Shown here piece after piece: positions 12,492-22,601 of a stretch of DNA of 64,000 nt. The notes below the pieces were generated by a model, which was given only the letters and a program-made list of their open reading frames with translations, was not told where the DNA came from and searched no databases. The DNA is taken from contig CALJGL010000001.1 in the NCBI GenBank assembly GCA_938075155.1, positions 20,181-84,180 on the forward strand. The letters run 5' to 3'. This DNA is from an uncultured bacterium. Its GTDB lineage: Bacteria > Planctomycetota > UBA8108 > UBA1146. Every line of letters begins with the position of its first letter. The stretch's first letter is position 1. The position numbers were made by a program, and so were the translations under genes.

Positions 12492-13295
12492 TCAGGTTTT
12501 TTCTACTTGCCAGTATTCTAGGTCTACCGGAGTGTCCCTGCCGAAAATCGTGACCATCACGCGTAGCTTTCCGGTCTTCGGCTGAATCTCCTCGACAACA
12601 CCCTCGAAATTCTCGAAGGGGCCGTCCTTGACCTTTACTGCATCATTCTTCTTCACGTCAATCTTCAGTTCGGGCTGCACTTCACTTTCGCGCTGCTCCA
12701 TCATGTCTCTCAGTTTCCTGACTTCTTCAGGCGTCATAGGCATCGGTTTATCGACGGCTCCGCCACCGACAAATGATCCGACTCCTTGAACTTCGCACAA
12801 CAGGTACCAGATCTCGTCAACCAACTGACACTCCATGAAGAAGTAGCCTTGGTAAAGTTTCTGTTCCCGCACACGCTTCTTGCCGTCTTTAATCTCGATG
12901 ATTTTCTGTTTCGGAACTGCAATGTTCCTTACATATTTATCGAGACCACTGAGTGCCAACTTTCTCTCGACCTTGCGAGAAAGAGTATCCTCTCGGCCAT
13001 TCGCCACTTTGACAACGTACCACTCATGAGTGAGTTCGTCTTCCATGCCGGCTTCTGGCTTGATCATGCTGGGCATCACCGGAGCAGGAGACTCTTCCGT
13101 CTCCTCGTCGGCATCCTCAACATGACTGTCAGCCGCTTCCATTTCACTAGAAGCGTCTTGTTCCTCTTCGAAAGTTCCGCCAGAGGCTTCCATGCCTTCG
13201 ACAGATGTATCATCGGATCCGGATTCTCCAGACACGATTGATCCCTCACCCACTTCGGGTTCGACTTCCTCGGAGTTCAAAGATTCGGAAATCAT
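12492..13295 (-). CDS. nusG: Transcription factor NusG with a long acidic N-terminal extension
   Basis: WYVVKV NGN start and KOW domain VKDGPFENFEGVV...VTIFGRDTPVDL; the start overlaps the secE stop. Confidence 0.97.
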   Translation of the reverse strand: MISESLNSEEVEPEVGEGSIVSGESGSDDTSVEGMEASGGTFEEEQDASSEMEAADSHVEDADEETEESPAPVMPSMIKPEAGMEDELTHEWYVVKVANGREDTLSRKVERKLALSGLDKYVRNIAVPKQKIIEIKDGKKRVREQKLYQGYFFMECQLVDEIWYLLCEVQGVGSFVGGGAVDKPMPMTPEEVRKLRDMMEQRESEVQPELKIDVKKNDAVKVKDGPFENFEGVVEEIQPKTGKLRVMVTIFGRDTPVDLEYWQVEKT

Positions 13296-13717
13296 CCGTA
13301 TATCACACTTTGCAACTTGCGTAACAATCCGTCAGCAACGGTGATCCAACTCAAGATGATCACGGCAGTGGCAAACACTACCAGAGAGTTCCTGGCTGTC
13401 TCTTCACGAGTCGGCCACGTCACCTTCTTCTCAAGTTCGGCTTCCGTATCGATGAGGAAGTCACTCAAAGTAGGTTTGTTGTAGTACCAGATCCCTGCCA
13501 ACACGAATGGCAAAAGAACACCAACGGAAAGCAGCGATCTGACCTGAACACCGAACTCAAGGAACGGTATCGTGAACAAATCGGCATCTCCGTAGCCGTT
13601 ACCTTCAAGCCAGTCTGCAATGGAAATGGTAGCGAAGAGACCCACGCCAAAAAGGATAATCGCAAGAGCACCGCGTGCCCATTTGCCTTGTCCTTCTTTG
13701 TAGAGACGAAAACTCAT
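13292..13717 (-). CDS. secE: Preprotein translocase SecE (three TM segments)
   Basis: ELEKKVTWPTREET motif; located between tRNA-Trp and nusG. Confidence 0.93.
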   Translation of the reverse strand: MSFRLYKEGQGKWARGALAIILFGVGLFATISIADWLEGNGYGDADLFTIPFLEFGVQVRSLLSVGVLLPFVLAGIWYYNKPTLSDFLIDTEAELEKKVTWPTREETARNSLVVFATAVIILSWITVADGLLRKLQSVIYG

Positions 13718-13867
13718 CGACTCTCACCCTTCTCTAAATCGCATCAGCGATTTTTCCAACTACTCGGCATGACGGCACCCTTCGCAAACCTAATGCGAAG
13801 GAAGAACTGTCAGCCTGACGGGCAACGAACTGCATTCAACACGTTACTGATTCGACCCTGCAGAGGT

Positions 13868-13944
13868 TGGCAGGGCAGGGAGGACTCGAACCCCCAACCC
13901 GCGGATTTGGAATCCGCTGCTCTACCAATTGGAGCTACTGCCCT
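13868..13944 (-). tRNA. tRNA-Trp(CCA)
   Basis: Reverse complement folds as a cloverleaf with anticodon arm GCGGA-TTCCAAA-TCCGC, T loop GGTTCGAGTCC and an encoded CCA end. Confidence 0.97.
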
Positions 13945-14006
13945 CTAATGTCGAACCTCTCTCAAGCAACCTTCGCTCCCCAATAGCAATCACTACTAAG
14001 GGAGCA

Positions 14007-14044
14007 GGAACGCCGTGGTACCTCATTGGGCACCACGGCGTTCC
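14007..14044 (-). terminator. Strong stem-loop just downstream of tuf
   Basis: GGAACGCCGTGGT...ACCACGGCGTTCC inverted repeat; there is no clear U tract, so it may be a stabilising or processing stem. Confidence 0.45.
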
Positions 14045-14072
14045 CGGTCGAACATACCGGAAAACCGGTCTC

Positions 14073-15257
14073 TTACTGAAGCACTTTACTCACCACACCA
14101 GCACCGACAGTCTTGCCTCCTTCGCGAATAGCGAAGCGCAAGCCCTCGTCCATGGCGATAGGCTGGATCAATGTCACTTTGATAGTAGCGTTGTCACCCG
14201 GCATGCACATGTCCGCACCGACAACTTCGGTGTTTCCAGTGACGTCGGTGGTACGGAAGTAGAACTGCGGGCGGTATCCATTGAAGAATGGAGAGTGGCG
14301 TCCACCCTCGTCCTTGGAAAGGATGTATACCTCAGCCTCGAACTCCGTGTGAGGAGTGATACTTCCTGGCTTCGCCAAGACTTGACCCCTGGTCACTTCT
14401 TCTTTCTTGGTTCCACGAAGAAGCGCACCCACGTTGTCGCCAGCCTGACCCTCATCAAGAGTCTTCTGGAACATCTCGACACCGGTGCAAACCGTTTTCT
14501 GGGTATCTCTGATTCCCACGATTTCGATCTCGTCACCTGTCTTGACGATGCCCTGCTCGATACGACCCGTCACCACGGTTCCACGACCCTCAATGGAGAA
14601 CACGTCCTCCACAGGCATCAGGAAGTCCTTGGCGGAATCACGCTCAGGAATATCGATGTATTCATCGACACTCTTCATGAGCTCGAGGATCGGTGCAGCG
14701 GCATCGCTACCTGGAGCTTCAAGAGCTTTCAACGCAGACCCCTTGATGATCGGAATGTCATCTCCTGGGAATTCGTAAACGCTCAGAAGTTCGCGGATCT
14801 CCATTTCGACGAGCTCGATGAGCTCCTCGTCATCGACCATGTCGGCCTTGTTCATGAAGACAACGATCTTCGGCACTCCTACCTGGCGAGCCAGAAGGAT
14901 GTGCTCCCGAGTTTGGGGCATCGGACCGTCAGCAGCAGAAACCACCAGAATAGCGCCATCCATTTGGGCGGCTCCGGTGATCATGTTTTTGACGTAGTCC
15001 GCGTGTCCCGGACAATCGACGTGAGCGTAATGACGCGCTTCCGTCATATATTCAACGTGAGCGGTGGCAATCGTGATACCACGCTCTCTTTCCTCAGGTG
15101 CATTATCGATCTGGTCAAACGCCTGCTTCTCGGACAGACCGGCCTCGGCGAGCACATTCGTGATCGCTGCGGTCAAGGTCGTTTTTCCGTGGTCGACGTG
15201 ACCGATGGTTCCGATGTTGCAATGAGGCTTGTCGCGTACGAAGACTTCCTTCGCCAT
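14073..15257 (-). CDS. tuf: Elongation factor Tu
   Basis: [38 protein letters not shown]. Confidence 0.99.
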   Translation of the reverse strand: MAKEVFVRDKPHCNIGTIGHVDHGKTTLTAAITNVLAEAGLSEKQAFDQIDNAPEERERGITIATAHVEYMTEARHYAHVDCPGHADYVKNMITGAAQMDGAILVVSAADGPMPQTREHILLARQVGVPKIVVFMNKADMVDDEELIELVEMEIRELLSVYEFPGDDIPIIKGSALKALEAPGSDAAAPILELMKSVDEYIDIPERDSAKDFLMPVEDVFSIEGRGTVVTGRIEQGIVKTGDEIEIVGIRDTQKTVCTGVEMFQKTLDEGQAGDNVGALLRGTKKEEVTRGQVLAKPGSITPHTEFEAEVYILSKDEGGRHSPFFNGYRPQFYFRTTDVTGNTEVVGADMCMPGDNATIKVTLIQPIAMDEGLRFAIREGGKTVGAGVVSKVLQ

Positions 15258-15396
15258 GATCCAATCTCCTCGCCCTCAGACCGACTTTCATCGATCGCTA
15301 GGGTCTCTTTTCCCGCCCCACCTGCCACCCTCGTGACACGGCTACGGCGTAACTATTCTTGATTTATCCCTACACTCGTGTGCAGGTCCGATTGTC

Positions 15397-15472
15397 TGGA
15401 GCTGCTGACGGGACTTGAACCCGTGACCTCGTCCTTACCAAGGACGTGCTCTACCAGCTGAGCTACAGCAGC
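15397..15472 (-). tRNA. tRNA-Thr(GGT)
   Basis: Anticodon arm CGTCC-TTGGTAA-GGACG; encoded CCA. Confidence 0.97.
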
Positions 15473-15526
15473 CCTGTTCTCTAATGTCAATACAACACGA
15501 CTTCACATCTGCGTTGCTGAATTCCT

Positions 15527-15600
15527 TGGAGCGGGTGATGGGAATCGAACCCACATGACCAGCTTGGAAGGCTGGGGCTTTACCACTAAGCTACACCCGC
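15527..15600 (-). tRNA. tRNA-Gly(TCC)
   Basis: Anticodon arm CCAGC-CTTCCAA-GCTGG; encoded CCA. Confidence 0.97.
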
Positions 15601-15988
15601 AAAATGTTCACACTGTCAATGCGACTCCTGGGTCTTCAGTTTGTCGCGCCGCAACAAAACCGACCACGCAGAAGTCAAACGTCAACTCGCAACGAAGTGA
15701 TCCTTCGAACGTGTCGAAACTTCTTTCAACACTCTAGGAAAAGTGGGGCGTCAAAAGACGTCCTCTTTTTCCTCGACGATACCTTCGCTCTGCATCTCTC
15801 TTCGCCTGCATCTCTTTAAGTAGTTGCACTCAGCGAAACTTGTCACTCAGCGAAACTTTCTAGACAGCAGCTTTCACTCAGGGGGAATCTCTGAAACTCC
15901 CGTGAAGTGCGAAGAGTGCAATAAGACGACTTAAGGACGCTTCTTTCAAGCAAATCCGCTTATTTGGCTAAAAAGAGGACGAAGAGAC

Positions 15989-16069
15989 TGGGGGCGGTAG
16001 GATTCGAACCTACGTAGCTGACGCACTTGGTTTACAGCCAAGTCCCTTTAACCACTCGGGCACACCCCC
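15989..16069 (-). tRNA. tRNA-Tyr(GTA)
   Basis: Anticodon arm CTTGG-CTGTAAA-CCAAG with an extended variable arm; CCA not encoded. Confidence 0.95.
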
Positions 16070-16202
16070 CCGATTCTCTTCGTTCTCTTTCCGGCTCCTG
16101 AACAGTACACACGTCAGGAAATTACTGACAATTCAGCACTTCCTCACCTTGTCTCTCACCCGGAATACACCCATAAACCCTTACAATGAAGAGCTTTATG
16201 AA

Positions 16203-16274
16203 AGCTAGCGGTGGGAGTCGAACCCACGACCACCCGCTTACAAGGCGGGAGCTCTACCGCTGAGCTACGCTAGC
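16203..16274 (-). tRNA. tRNA-Thr(TGT)
   Basis: Anticodon arm CCCGC-CTTGTAA-GCGGG; CCA not encoded. Confidence 0.96.
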
Positions 16275-16294
16275 CCAGGTGTCTTGCGAGAAGA

Positions 16295-16323
16295 ACGATA
16301 TCGACAGGTTTAGTTTCCTGCAA
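16295..16323 (-). promoter_or_regulatory. Putative sigma70-type promoter for the tRNA-tuf cluster
   Basis: TTGCAG-17 nt-TATCGT on the minus strand, about 20 nt upstream of tRNA-Thr(TGT). Confidence 0.5.
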
Positions 16324-16359
16324 GCCTCTCCGAAAGATCGATCCTGATTCCCTAAGAAA

Positions 16360-17796
16360 CTATCGAATACGGGACCATGTCATTCCCTCAGGTCCATCCT
16401 CAATCAATATGCCGGATTCTTGCAATTTATCCCGTAATTCATCGGCAAGAGCCCAGTCTTTGTCATTTCGGGCCTGTTCACGTCCCAACACCCAAGACTG
16501 CTGCTCTTCCGATAATCTGTCCTCTTCCGATGTTTCCTCGACAAAAATTACTCCAAGAATTTCATCACAGTGGCTCAAAAATCCCAAAGCGAGCCTCGCC
16601 GAGTCCCCCTTGGGCTCCTGTCGCCCCAGAGATCGAACCGTTTCATGGAGCACTCCGAGGGCTCCAGAAATGTTGAGATCGTCATCGATGGCGTCATTGA
16701 ATCCATTTCTGGCGGTCTCGATTTCAACCTCTAATCCTTCGATGACTTCTGAAGGATCGGTACTCCACTTTTCCAACTTCTCACGCAAGGATCGGATTCT
16801 TTGCAAAGCTTTGGCATCTCCATCCAGTCCTCCGATGGTGAAATTCATCGGCTGCCTGTAGTGACTTGCGATCAAGCTGTAACGAATTTCGTAACCTCTG
16901 TAACCCTTCTCAATAAGATCATTGATGGTGTAGAAGTTACCTTTGCTTTTCGACATCTTTTCACCGTCGACAAGAAGATGCCGAGCATGGACCCAAACTT
17001 TCGCAAACTCTCCTGTACCGGATCCGACTGATTGCGCAATCTCACATTCATGGTGAGGAAAAATATTATCCTCACCACCGGTGTGAATATCGAAGGTACC
17101 ACCCAAGAATTTGTAGCTCATTGCAGAACATTCGATATGCCAACCAGGGAATCCTTTTCCCCAAGGACTGTCCCACTGCATGAGGTGTTTTTCATCGATT
17201 TTCCAAAGTGCAAAGTCGTGCGCTGATTCTTTCCGATCGTCCACGGCAACTCTTGATCCCGAATCAAGATTCTCAACAGTGTTTCCGGAAAGACATCCAT
17301 ATTGATCAAATGCGTTGACTCGAAAATACACCCCGACACCTTCGACCGAATAGGCAAGACCATTATCAATGAGCTGCTCAATCATCTCGATCATCTCTGG
17401 AATGTGATCCGTCGCTCTTGGGTACTCGTGAGCCTTGCGCACGTGAAGTTGATCGGCGTTCTCGTGGAAAATTTGTTCGTAGTTCCTTGCGATCTCGAAG
17501 GGATCTAAACCCTCTTCACGTGCTTTCTTTTCTAGCTTGTCTTCCCCTGTTGCGTCTGCCACGTCATCTGTCGTCAGATGCCCCACATCCGTAATATTCA
17601 TGATCTGAGTCGTCTTGTAACCCCTTTGATCACAAGCCCTCCTCAACAAATCTGCCATGAGGAATGAACGGAAATTTCCAATGTGAGGATCGCTGTAGAC
17701 TGTAGGTCCACAGTTGTACATACGAACCTCGCCCGCGTGGATGGGTTCGAGTTCAACGAGGGCATTCGCCATAGTGTTCCAGAGCTTGAGAGTCAT
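16360..17796 (-). CDS. cysS: Cysteine--tRNA ligase
   Basis: CGPTVY, HIGN, PGWHIECSAM, KMSKS. Confidence 0.98.
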   Translation of the reverse strand: MTLKLWNTMANALVELEPIHAGEVRMYNCGPTVYSDPHIGNFRSFLMADLLRRACDQRGYKTTQIMNITDVGHLTTDDVADATGEDKLEKKAREEGLDPFEIARNYEQIFHENADQLHVRKAHEYPRATDHIPEMIEMIEQLIDNGLAYSVEGVGVYFRVNAFDQYGCLSGNTVENLDSGSRVAVDDRKESAHDFALWKIDEKHLMQWDSPWGKGFPGWHIECSAMSYKFLGGTFDIHTGGEDNIFPHHECEIAQSVGSGTGEFAKVWVHARHLLVDGEKMSKSKGNFYTINDLIEKGYRGYEIRYSLIASHYRQPMNFTIGGLDGDAKALQRIRSLREKLEKWSTDPSEVIEGLEVEIETARNGFNDAIDDDLNISGALGVLHETVRSLGRQEPKGDSARLALGFLSHCDEILGVIFVEETSEEDRLSEEQQSWVLGREQARNDKDWALADELRDKLQESGILIEDGPEGMTWSRIR

Positions 17797-18359
17797 CAGT
17801 TTCCCGTCCTCTCTAGTTGAACGATGGCGAAAGTATCGACAGCGAGGCCTTCACCCACAGGTCCGAGACCTTCAGCGGTCTTTGCTTTCAGACCAATAGC
17901 ATCTTCGGAGATGCCCAACAGTTGAGCGAGATTCATTTTCATCTTCGGTACATACTCCTTGAGTCGGGGTTTTTCCAAGTGGACAACCGTATCAATCTGA
18001 ACTGGAACCCATCCTTTTTTTCCCGCGAGCAGAAGAACCTCTTCGATCAATCTTGTCGAATCGACATCTTTCCAGCGAGGATCGTCATCTGGGAAATGAG
18101 TTCCAATGTCACTTTCACCGCACCCTCCCAAAATCGCATCCGCTAAAGCATGTAATAATGCATCTCCATCCGAATGGGCGACTGCTTTTAAAGGAGAAGG
18201 GATTCTTATTCCTGCGAGAACCAAATACTCGCCTTCTTCAAGACGATGACGATCAGTCCCCAGCCCCACTCTTCTCGACGGGGTTTCAGATTCGGGTGAA
18301 GAATCAGCTTTCGACAAGTGATCGGGTTGCATCGATGCTTGATCATCATTCAACGTCAT
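17796..18359 (-). CDS. ispF: 2-C-methyl-D-erythritol 2,4-cyclodiphosphate synthase
   Basis: RVGLGTDRHRL, HSDGDALLHALADAILG, DIGTHFPD. Start placed at ATG 18359 behind AGGAG; the ORF track starts at 18383. Confidence 0.95.
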   Translation of the reverse strand: MTLNDDQASMQPDHLSKADSSPESETPSRRVGLGTDRHRLEEGEYLVLAGIRIPSPLKAVAHSDGDALLHALADAILGGCGESDIGTHFPDDDPRWKDVDSTRLIEEVLLLAGKKGWVPVQIDTVVHLEKPRLKEYVPKMKMNLAQLLGISEDAIGLKAKTAEGLGPVGEGLAVDTFAIVQLERTGN

Positions 18360-18422
18360 AGATTCACTCCTGTAATCAAACACTCATGCATTCAAACACT
18401 CATGAGAGGCTGTTGATTGAGG

Positions 18423-18451
18423 ATTGTAGGGCCTCTGGGGTCTTCTTGCGA
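18423..18451 (-). promoter_or_regulatory. Putative promoter for ispF-cysS
   Basis: TCGCAA-17 nt-TACAAT on the minus strand, just downstream of a terminator. Confidence 0.4.
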
Positions 18452-18467
18452 GTTTCTACAGCGATAC

Positions 18468-18510
18468 AAAAAAAAAGGGTCCCCGGGAATGAAACCCGGG
18501 GACCCTTTTT
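18468..18510 (-). terminator. Intrinsic terminator (potentially bidirectional)
   Basis: A9-GGGTCCCCGGG-loop-CCCGGGGACCC-T5, right after the beta-barrel gene. Confidence 0.88.
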
Positions 18511-18529
18511 CAATCGTTGTCAGAAAAAA

Positions 18530-19921
18530 TCAGAAACGAACTTCTGAAGTCAGAGTCATCACTTCAACTCCAGAGCCGACACCCAATGCCTTGGCATTTT
18601 GAAGTGTGCCTGCATTGAAGTGGAAAGTCAGGAAATCTGTTGCTCTGTATGTAGCGCGAATATCAAACTCGTCACCCAACTTGTCACTATTGTTGGAGGG
18701 GTTCGATCCAAATCCTCCCGAGTTCGAGTTCAAGTACGCGTATGCGTACATGGCCTGAATCGACCACTCCGGAGAAAGATTCATTCCTCCTTTGAACTTG
18801 AAGGCTCTGTAGTTGGTATCGAGATCGAGTCCATAGTAGGCGTCTTCGAGAACCACTGTGTCATTGTTGAACTCGTAGGAGACGAAGTTTCCGTTTTTCC
18901 CGTCAGCGGAATCACTGTCACCGGAGTAATCCCAAATGGAGACATCGATCCATGGCGCAGAATCATCTTCGATCTCTGGAATGTCGTAACGGACTCCCGC
19001 AAGGAAAGCATGTGCATCCTGGTCGATCGTGCCGCTTCCTACTCCAGATCCGTAATCACCGGTCTGAAGGTAGAGTTCACCGTAAAACTTGAGTCCATCC
19101 TCACCCGAAACATTGGCTCCACCACCGAAGGTGAACAAATCAGAGCCTCCGTCATTCTTGGTGTTGACGAATGTGAATCCCATATGACCGCTGTAGTCCC
19201 CAGCATCGAGAGGCATGTTGTAGACGAATCCAAACAAGGACTCATCATTCAGCGAAGAGAGATCGAACATGAGCACGTCGACGGAGTTCTCACCCAAATC
19301 GTAGTACCCCACCACGCCGGACGGATTCAGCGAATCAACAAGACCCGCAGAGCTGGCCTGAGGAGTCCCGACATCAAAGCCTGCATTGGGGTTATCAAAA
19401 GCGCTCTCTGAATTTCCGAGACTCAGGAACATGGGATTCCCGTTTCCGGCCAAATCAAGATCGTAATGAACCAATCCCATTTCAAGATTCAGATCAGGGT
19501 TCATAGCACCCTTCCAACTGATCTTCGCTTCATCCACTCCGAGCGGAAGTTGCCCGTCACGCAGATTTTCACTGGCGTCAAACGGAGTCTCTAGACTGAT
19601 GAGAGCATTCACTCCCTCAGACACTTCTGCGTCCAATTCGATTTGGAAGATGGGATCGATAAAGAATCCGTCGCGCACAGGCTCAGCCCAATTTGCGGCC
19701 AGCGGATTTGCTGCTCCACCCGAACCGTTCCCGAGTGCGGCGTCTCCGAAACTGCTGCTACGGTCCACGAATGAAAGAGACAGGTCACCACTAATGGTTA
19801 ACCTCAACGCTCTCTTGGGTTTGACATCTCCACCGATGGTTGTCTGAGCATCTGAGACACCACCCACTAGAAGAGTCGCAACAAAGGCGATCAAAGTGAC
19901 GACATTATGAGTTTTTAACAT
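18530..19921 (-). CDS. Secreted outer-membrane beta-barrel or porin-like protein
   Basis: Signal peptide (…VSDA/Q), alternating amphipathic strands, C-terminal ...TSEVRF ending in Phe, and its own strong terminator. Confidence 0.7.
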   Translation of the reverse strand: MLKTHNVVTLIAFVATLLVGGVSDAQTTIGGDVKPKRALRLTISGDLSLSFVDRSSSFGDAALGNGSGGAANPLAANWAEPVRDGFFIDPIFQIELDAEVSEGVNALISLETPFDASENLRDGQLPLGVDEAKISWKGAMNPDLNLEMGLVHYDLDLAGNGNPMFLSLGNSESAFDNPNAGFDVGTPQASSAGLVDSLNPSGVVGYYDLGENSVDVLMFDLSSLNDESLFGFVYNMPLDAGDYSGHMGFTFVNTKNDGGSDLFTFGGGANVSGEDGLKFYGELYLQTGDYGSGVGSGTIDQDAHAFLAGVRYDIPEIEDDSAPWIDVSIWDYSGDSDSADGKNGNFVSYEFNNDTVVLEDAYYGLDLDTNYRAFKFKGGMNLSPEWSIQAMYAYAYLNSNSGGFGSNPSNNSDKLGDEFDIRATYRATDFLTFHFNAGTLQNAKALGVGSGVEVMTLTSEVRF

Positions 19922-20144
19922 GGGGTAATTCCCCTTCCCCGCTACAGGGGAGTTCGGATTGAACTCCCGGATCTAAATCGTTGGAAACCGAGGTGCGCAC
20001 CTAAGGGTTGCGATTCACATGAGCCTCGATGCCCACTCTATACCTGACAGGTATCGTGTGAGTCTGCTCAATACGAGGCTCCGGGTCAAGAGAGACGGGG
20101 AAGGACTCCCATATTGTTTCTCTCGATCGCCCGAAAAACCCTTC

Positions 20145-20846
20145 TCAACGCCCCTGAGAAGACGTCATGAACTCGACGAAAAGAAGGTCTGCGGGGGTGG
20201 TAATCTTCGGATTCGGGTGCAGAGACTCCAGCATCTGGACAGGCTGGCCTATATGGGCCATTCCTTCGACCTCGTCGGTTCTTTCGCCATCGGCATGGGC
20301 AAGAGCGGCATGGGCAAGAGCACTTTTCAACAACTCATGACGAAAAACCTGGGGAGTCTGGGCTTGCCATAGGTTCTCTCGGTCGACGATTTCATTCCAG
20401 CAGGCATTTCCGTCCCCCCGGTGCAGTGTGTCCGTTACCGGACTTGCCAGAATTGCTGCGCCGGACCTCTCCGCTTCCTCAAGAACCCTGGCCAGATCAT
20501 CGGGGTGCAACAAGGGTCTCGCCGCATCATGGATCGCGACCAAGTCGTCACCGGCGGCCTCAATGGCCTCAAATCCCCTTCGAACACTTTCTCTCCGAGA
20601 ATGTCCACCGACGACGACTTTCGAGGAAAGGTCCCCCAGTTCGATCGACTTGATCCAGTTCGCTGCAATTTCGACATCGTCTGAGTGAACCACCAGAATC
20701 AGACCTTCACACCCGGCATGCTGACAACTCGCCCGCGCTGAAATCGTGGCCAAAGCTTGCCCTGAAATTTGAACGGCAGCCTTTCTTACAGGCTGGCCCA
20801 GCCGAGTTCCATCTCCAGCAGCGACCACTATGGACCAGTACCGCAT
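20145..20846 (-). CDS. ispD: 2-C-methyl-D-erythritol 4-phosphate cytidylyltransferase
   Basis: VAAGDGTRLG, IHDAARP, AQTPQVF, NPKITTPADL. Confidence 0.95.
   Translation of the reverse strand: MRYWSIVVAAGDGTRLGQPVRKAAVQISGQALATISARASCQHAGCEGLILVVHSDDVEIAANWIKSIELGDLSSKVVVGGHSRRESVRRGFEAIEAAGDDLVAIHDAARPLLHPDDLARVLEEAERSGAAILASPVTDTLHRGDGNACWNEIVDRENLWQAQTPQVFRHELLKSALAHAALAHADGERTDEVEGMAHIGQPVQMLESLHPNPKITTPADLLFVEFMTSSQGR
20291..20320. repeat. Exact 15-bp tandem duplication inside ispD
   Basis: CGGCATGGGCAAGAG x2, giving ALAHAALAHA. Confidence 0.9.
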
Positions 20847-22030
20847 CAGGTGAGCCTCCCGGGGTCACTCCCGTGCGGCATGAACAACCGTTCATATTCC
20901 TGCGAACAATATCGATCCGTCATGCCAGCAAGATAATCACACACCGCTCGCTCACGACCAATCTCTGCACAGCGTGCCAAGTGCTCCGAGGGTAACTGTG
21001 CAGGCTCTCTCACAAATTCTTCAAAGAGAGCAGCGACCATGCGTCTCCCCTTCTGGGAAACCCTGACACAGTATGGATCTCGATATAGTTTTTCTTGGAG
21101 GAACCCTTGAAGTTGAGCCTTGTCAGAAGTCATAGAAGGAGAAAAACCCAAGAGCGGACCATCGTGTGATCTCACCTCTGCCACTCCCGTCAAATCCTTG
21201 ATTCTTTCCCGGCTTGTCGTCACGAGATCATTCACTTGATCAGCGATCACTCCCGATACACATCGCGCAACAAATGCGCGGTTCGAGATTCCTCGACCGT
21301 ATCGATCCTCAACCTTTTGCATCGCCCTTTTGAAGATATCGATCAAACTCAATTCTTTCAGATCGAGAACACCGGACCTTAATCCGTCGTCGAGATCGTG
21401 ACTGTCGTAAGCCAACGAATCTCCAATATCAGCGAGTTGTGCTTCAAGCGTAGGGGGCTCGCCTGGTAAAAAAGCGGCCAGTTCAGGTTCATCGAATTTC
21501 CCATAATGCTTCACGATCGATTCACGGACTTCCCAAGACAAATTCAGACCTGGAAATTCCGGATACCTAGACTCGAGAAGATCCACAACGCGAAGAGCAT
21601 GACGATTATGGTTAAATCCGCCATGGCTCGACATCAAGCCTGCCAATTCTCTCTCTCCAGCATGTCCAAATGGTGGATGCCCCACATCGTGAACGAGAGC
21701 GATGGTCTCAACAAGATCCTCATTGAGGTCCAGCCTTCGAGCCACTGCTCTGGAAACCTGAGCCACTTCCAAAGTATGTGTCAATCTCGTTCTGTAATGA
21801 TCGCCTTGATGGTTAGCGAAAACCTGCGTCTTGTATTCCAGTCTTCGAAATGCGGTGCAATGAATCACCCGATCTCTGTCATGCTGATATACAGTCCGAA
21901 ATTCGTCCATCGGCTCGGGGTGCTGACGACCACGACTGTCTCTGCTCCGCATCGCATAGGGAGCCAGAAGCTGATCTTCAACATTCTCCGATCGAAGGCG
22001 GGCCGAAGTGAAATTTTTCTTGTCGTTCAT
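20846..22030 (-). CDS. dgt: dGTP triphosphohydrolase (HD family)
   Basis: FRRLEYKTQVF, RTRLTHTLEV, HDVGHPPFGHAGE, DYLAGMTD. Confidence 0.95.
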   Translation of the reverse strand: MNDKKNFTSARLRSENVEDQLLAPYAMRSRDSRGRQHPEPMDEFRTVYQHDRDRVIHCTAFRRLEYKTQVFANHQGDHYRTRLTHTLEVAQVSRAVARRLDLNEDLVETIALVHDVGHPPFGHAGERELAGLMSSHGGFNHNRHALRVVDLLESRYPEFPGLNLSWEVRESIVKHYGKFDEPELAAFLPGEPPTLEAQLADIGDSLAYDSHDLDDGLRSGVLDLKELSLIDIFKRAMQKVEDRYGRGISNRAFVARCVSGVIADQVNDLVTTSRERIKDLTGVAEVRSHDGPLLGFSPSMTSDKAQLQGFLQEKLYRDPYCVRVSQKGRRMVAALFEEFVREPAQLPSEHLARCAEIGRERAVCDYLAGMTDRYCSQEYERLFMPHGSDPGRLT

Positions 22031-22140
22031 CTACTCCTGATTTCTTTCAACACACCCTCGACTTCTCCTAATGAACTCGACTTTGCCGACAACATTAAAA
22101 CTAACACGATTACTGAATCTGCTCAGTAATAGTGACGTCG

Positions 22141-22500
22141 TCAGGTCCCATTTTCTACTTTTCGAACTCCAGGTTGGCCAATCGGGCAGCGAACTTGAGT
22201 CCCAGAATTCAGTTCGATTTCCTGAAGCTCCGGATTCAAATTTTCGAGCACTGCAAGTTGAAAACCTATTCGATGCGCCACTTGTTCCAAAGATTCCCCG
22301 GGACGTGAAAATACAATCCGAGTCTGGGGCTTTAGAATTTCCGGAGGGTCCTGACGCAGAGGGGATTGATCACCTCCGCCACATCCTGCCCAGAACAGGC
22401 ACAGAATGACCCCAAAAAGAAGATTCACATGGAATCTTTTCGGGGACAAACGATCAAGACCTGCAAAGGTTCCTGGCATGTCTTCTGGTTCCGGACGCAT
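22141..22500 (-). CDS. LysM-like membrane or lipoprotein
   Basis: ATG 22500 behind GGAGGA; hydrophobic segment ending WAGC; LysM-like PGESLEQVAHRIG...LENLNPEL...GTQVRCP. Confidence 0.6.
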   Translation of the reverse strand: MRPEPEDMPGTFAGLDRLSPKRFHVNLLFGVILCLFWAGCGGGDQSPLRQDPPEILKPQTRIVFSRPGESLEQVAHRIGFQLAVLENLNPELQEIELNSGTQVRCPIGQPGVRKVENGT

Positions 22501-22601
22501 CGATCCTCCAGACTGGGCGTGAGAACATGGTAACAGAGTCCGTCGCCTCCGGGGATGCAACGACTTCAGGATTCACGATGAGACTCAAGAAAGGGGCGGG
22601 G

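Noticed and set aside
13945..14072. Possible rpmG (L33) between tuf and tRNA-Trp
   Set aside because: Only about 128 nt, partly taken by a hairpin; no L33-like frame was found.
13929..15362. 477-aa plus-strand ORF
   Set aside because: Antisense shadow of tuf that also overlaps tRNA-Trp; a known codon-bias artefact.
15783..15860. CRISPR-like repeats
   Set aside because: Only two copies each of 15-17 bp, with no spacers and no cas genes.
18376..18404. TCAAACACTCATG direct repeat upstream of ispF as an operator
   Set aside because: Only two copies and no other support; could be a simple slippage duplication.
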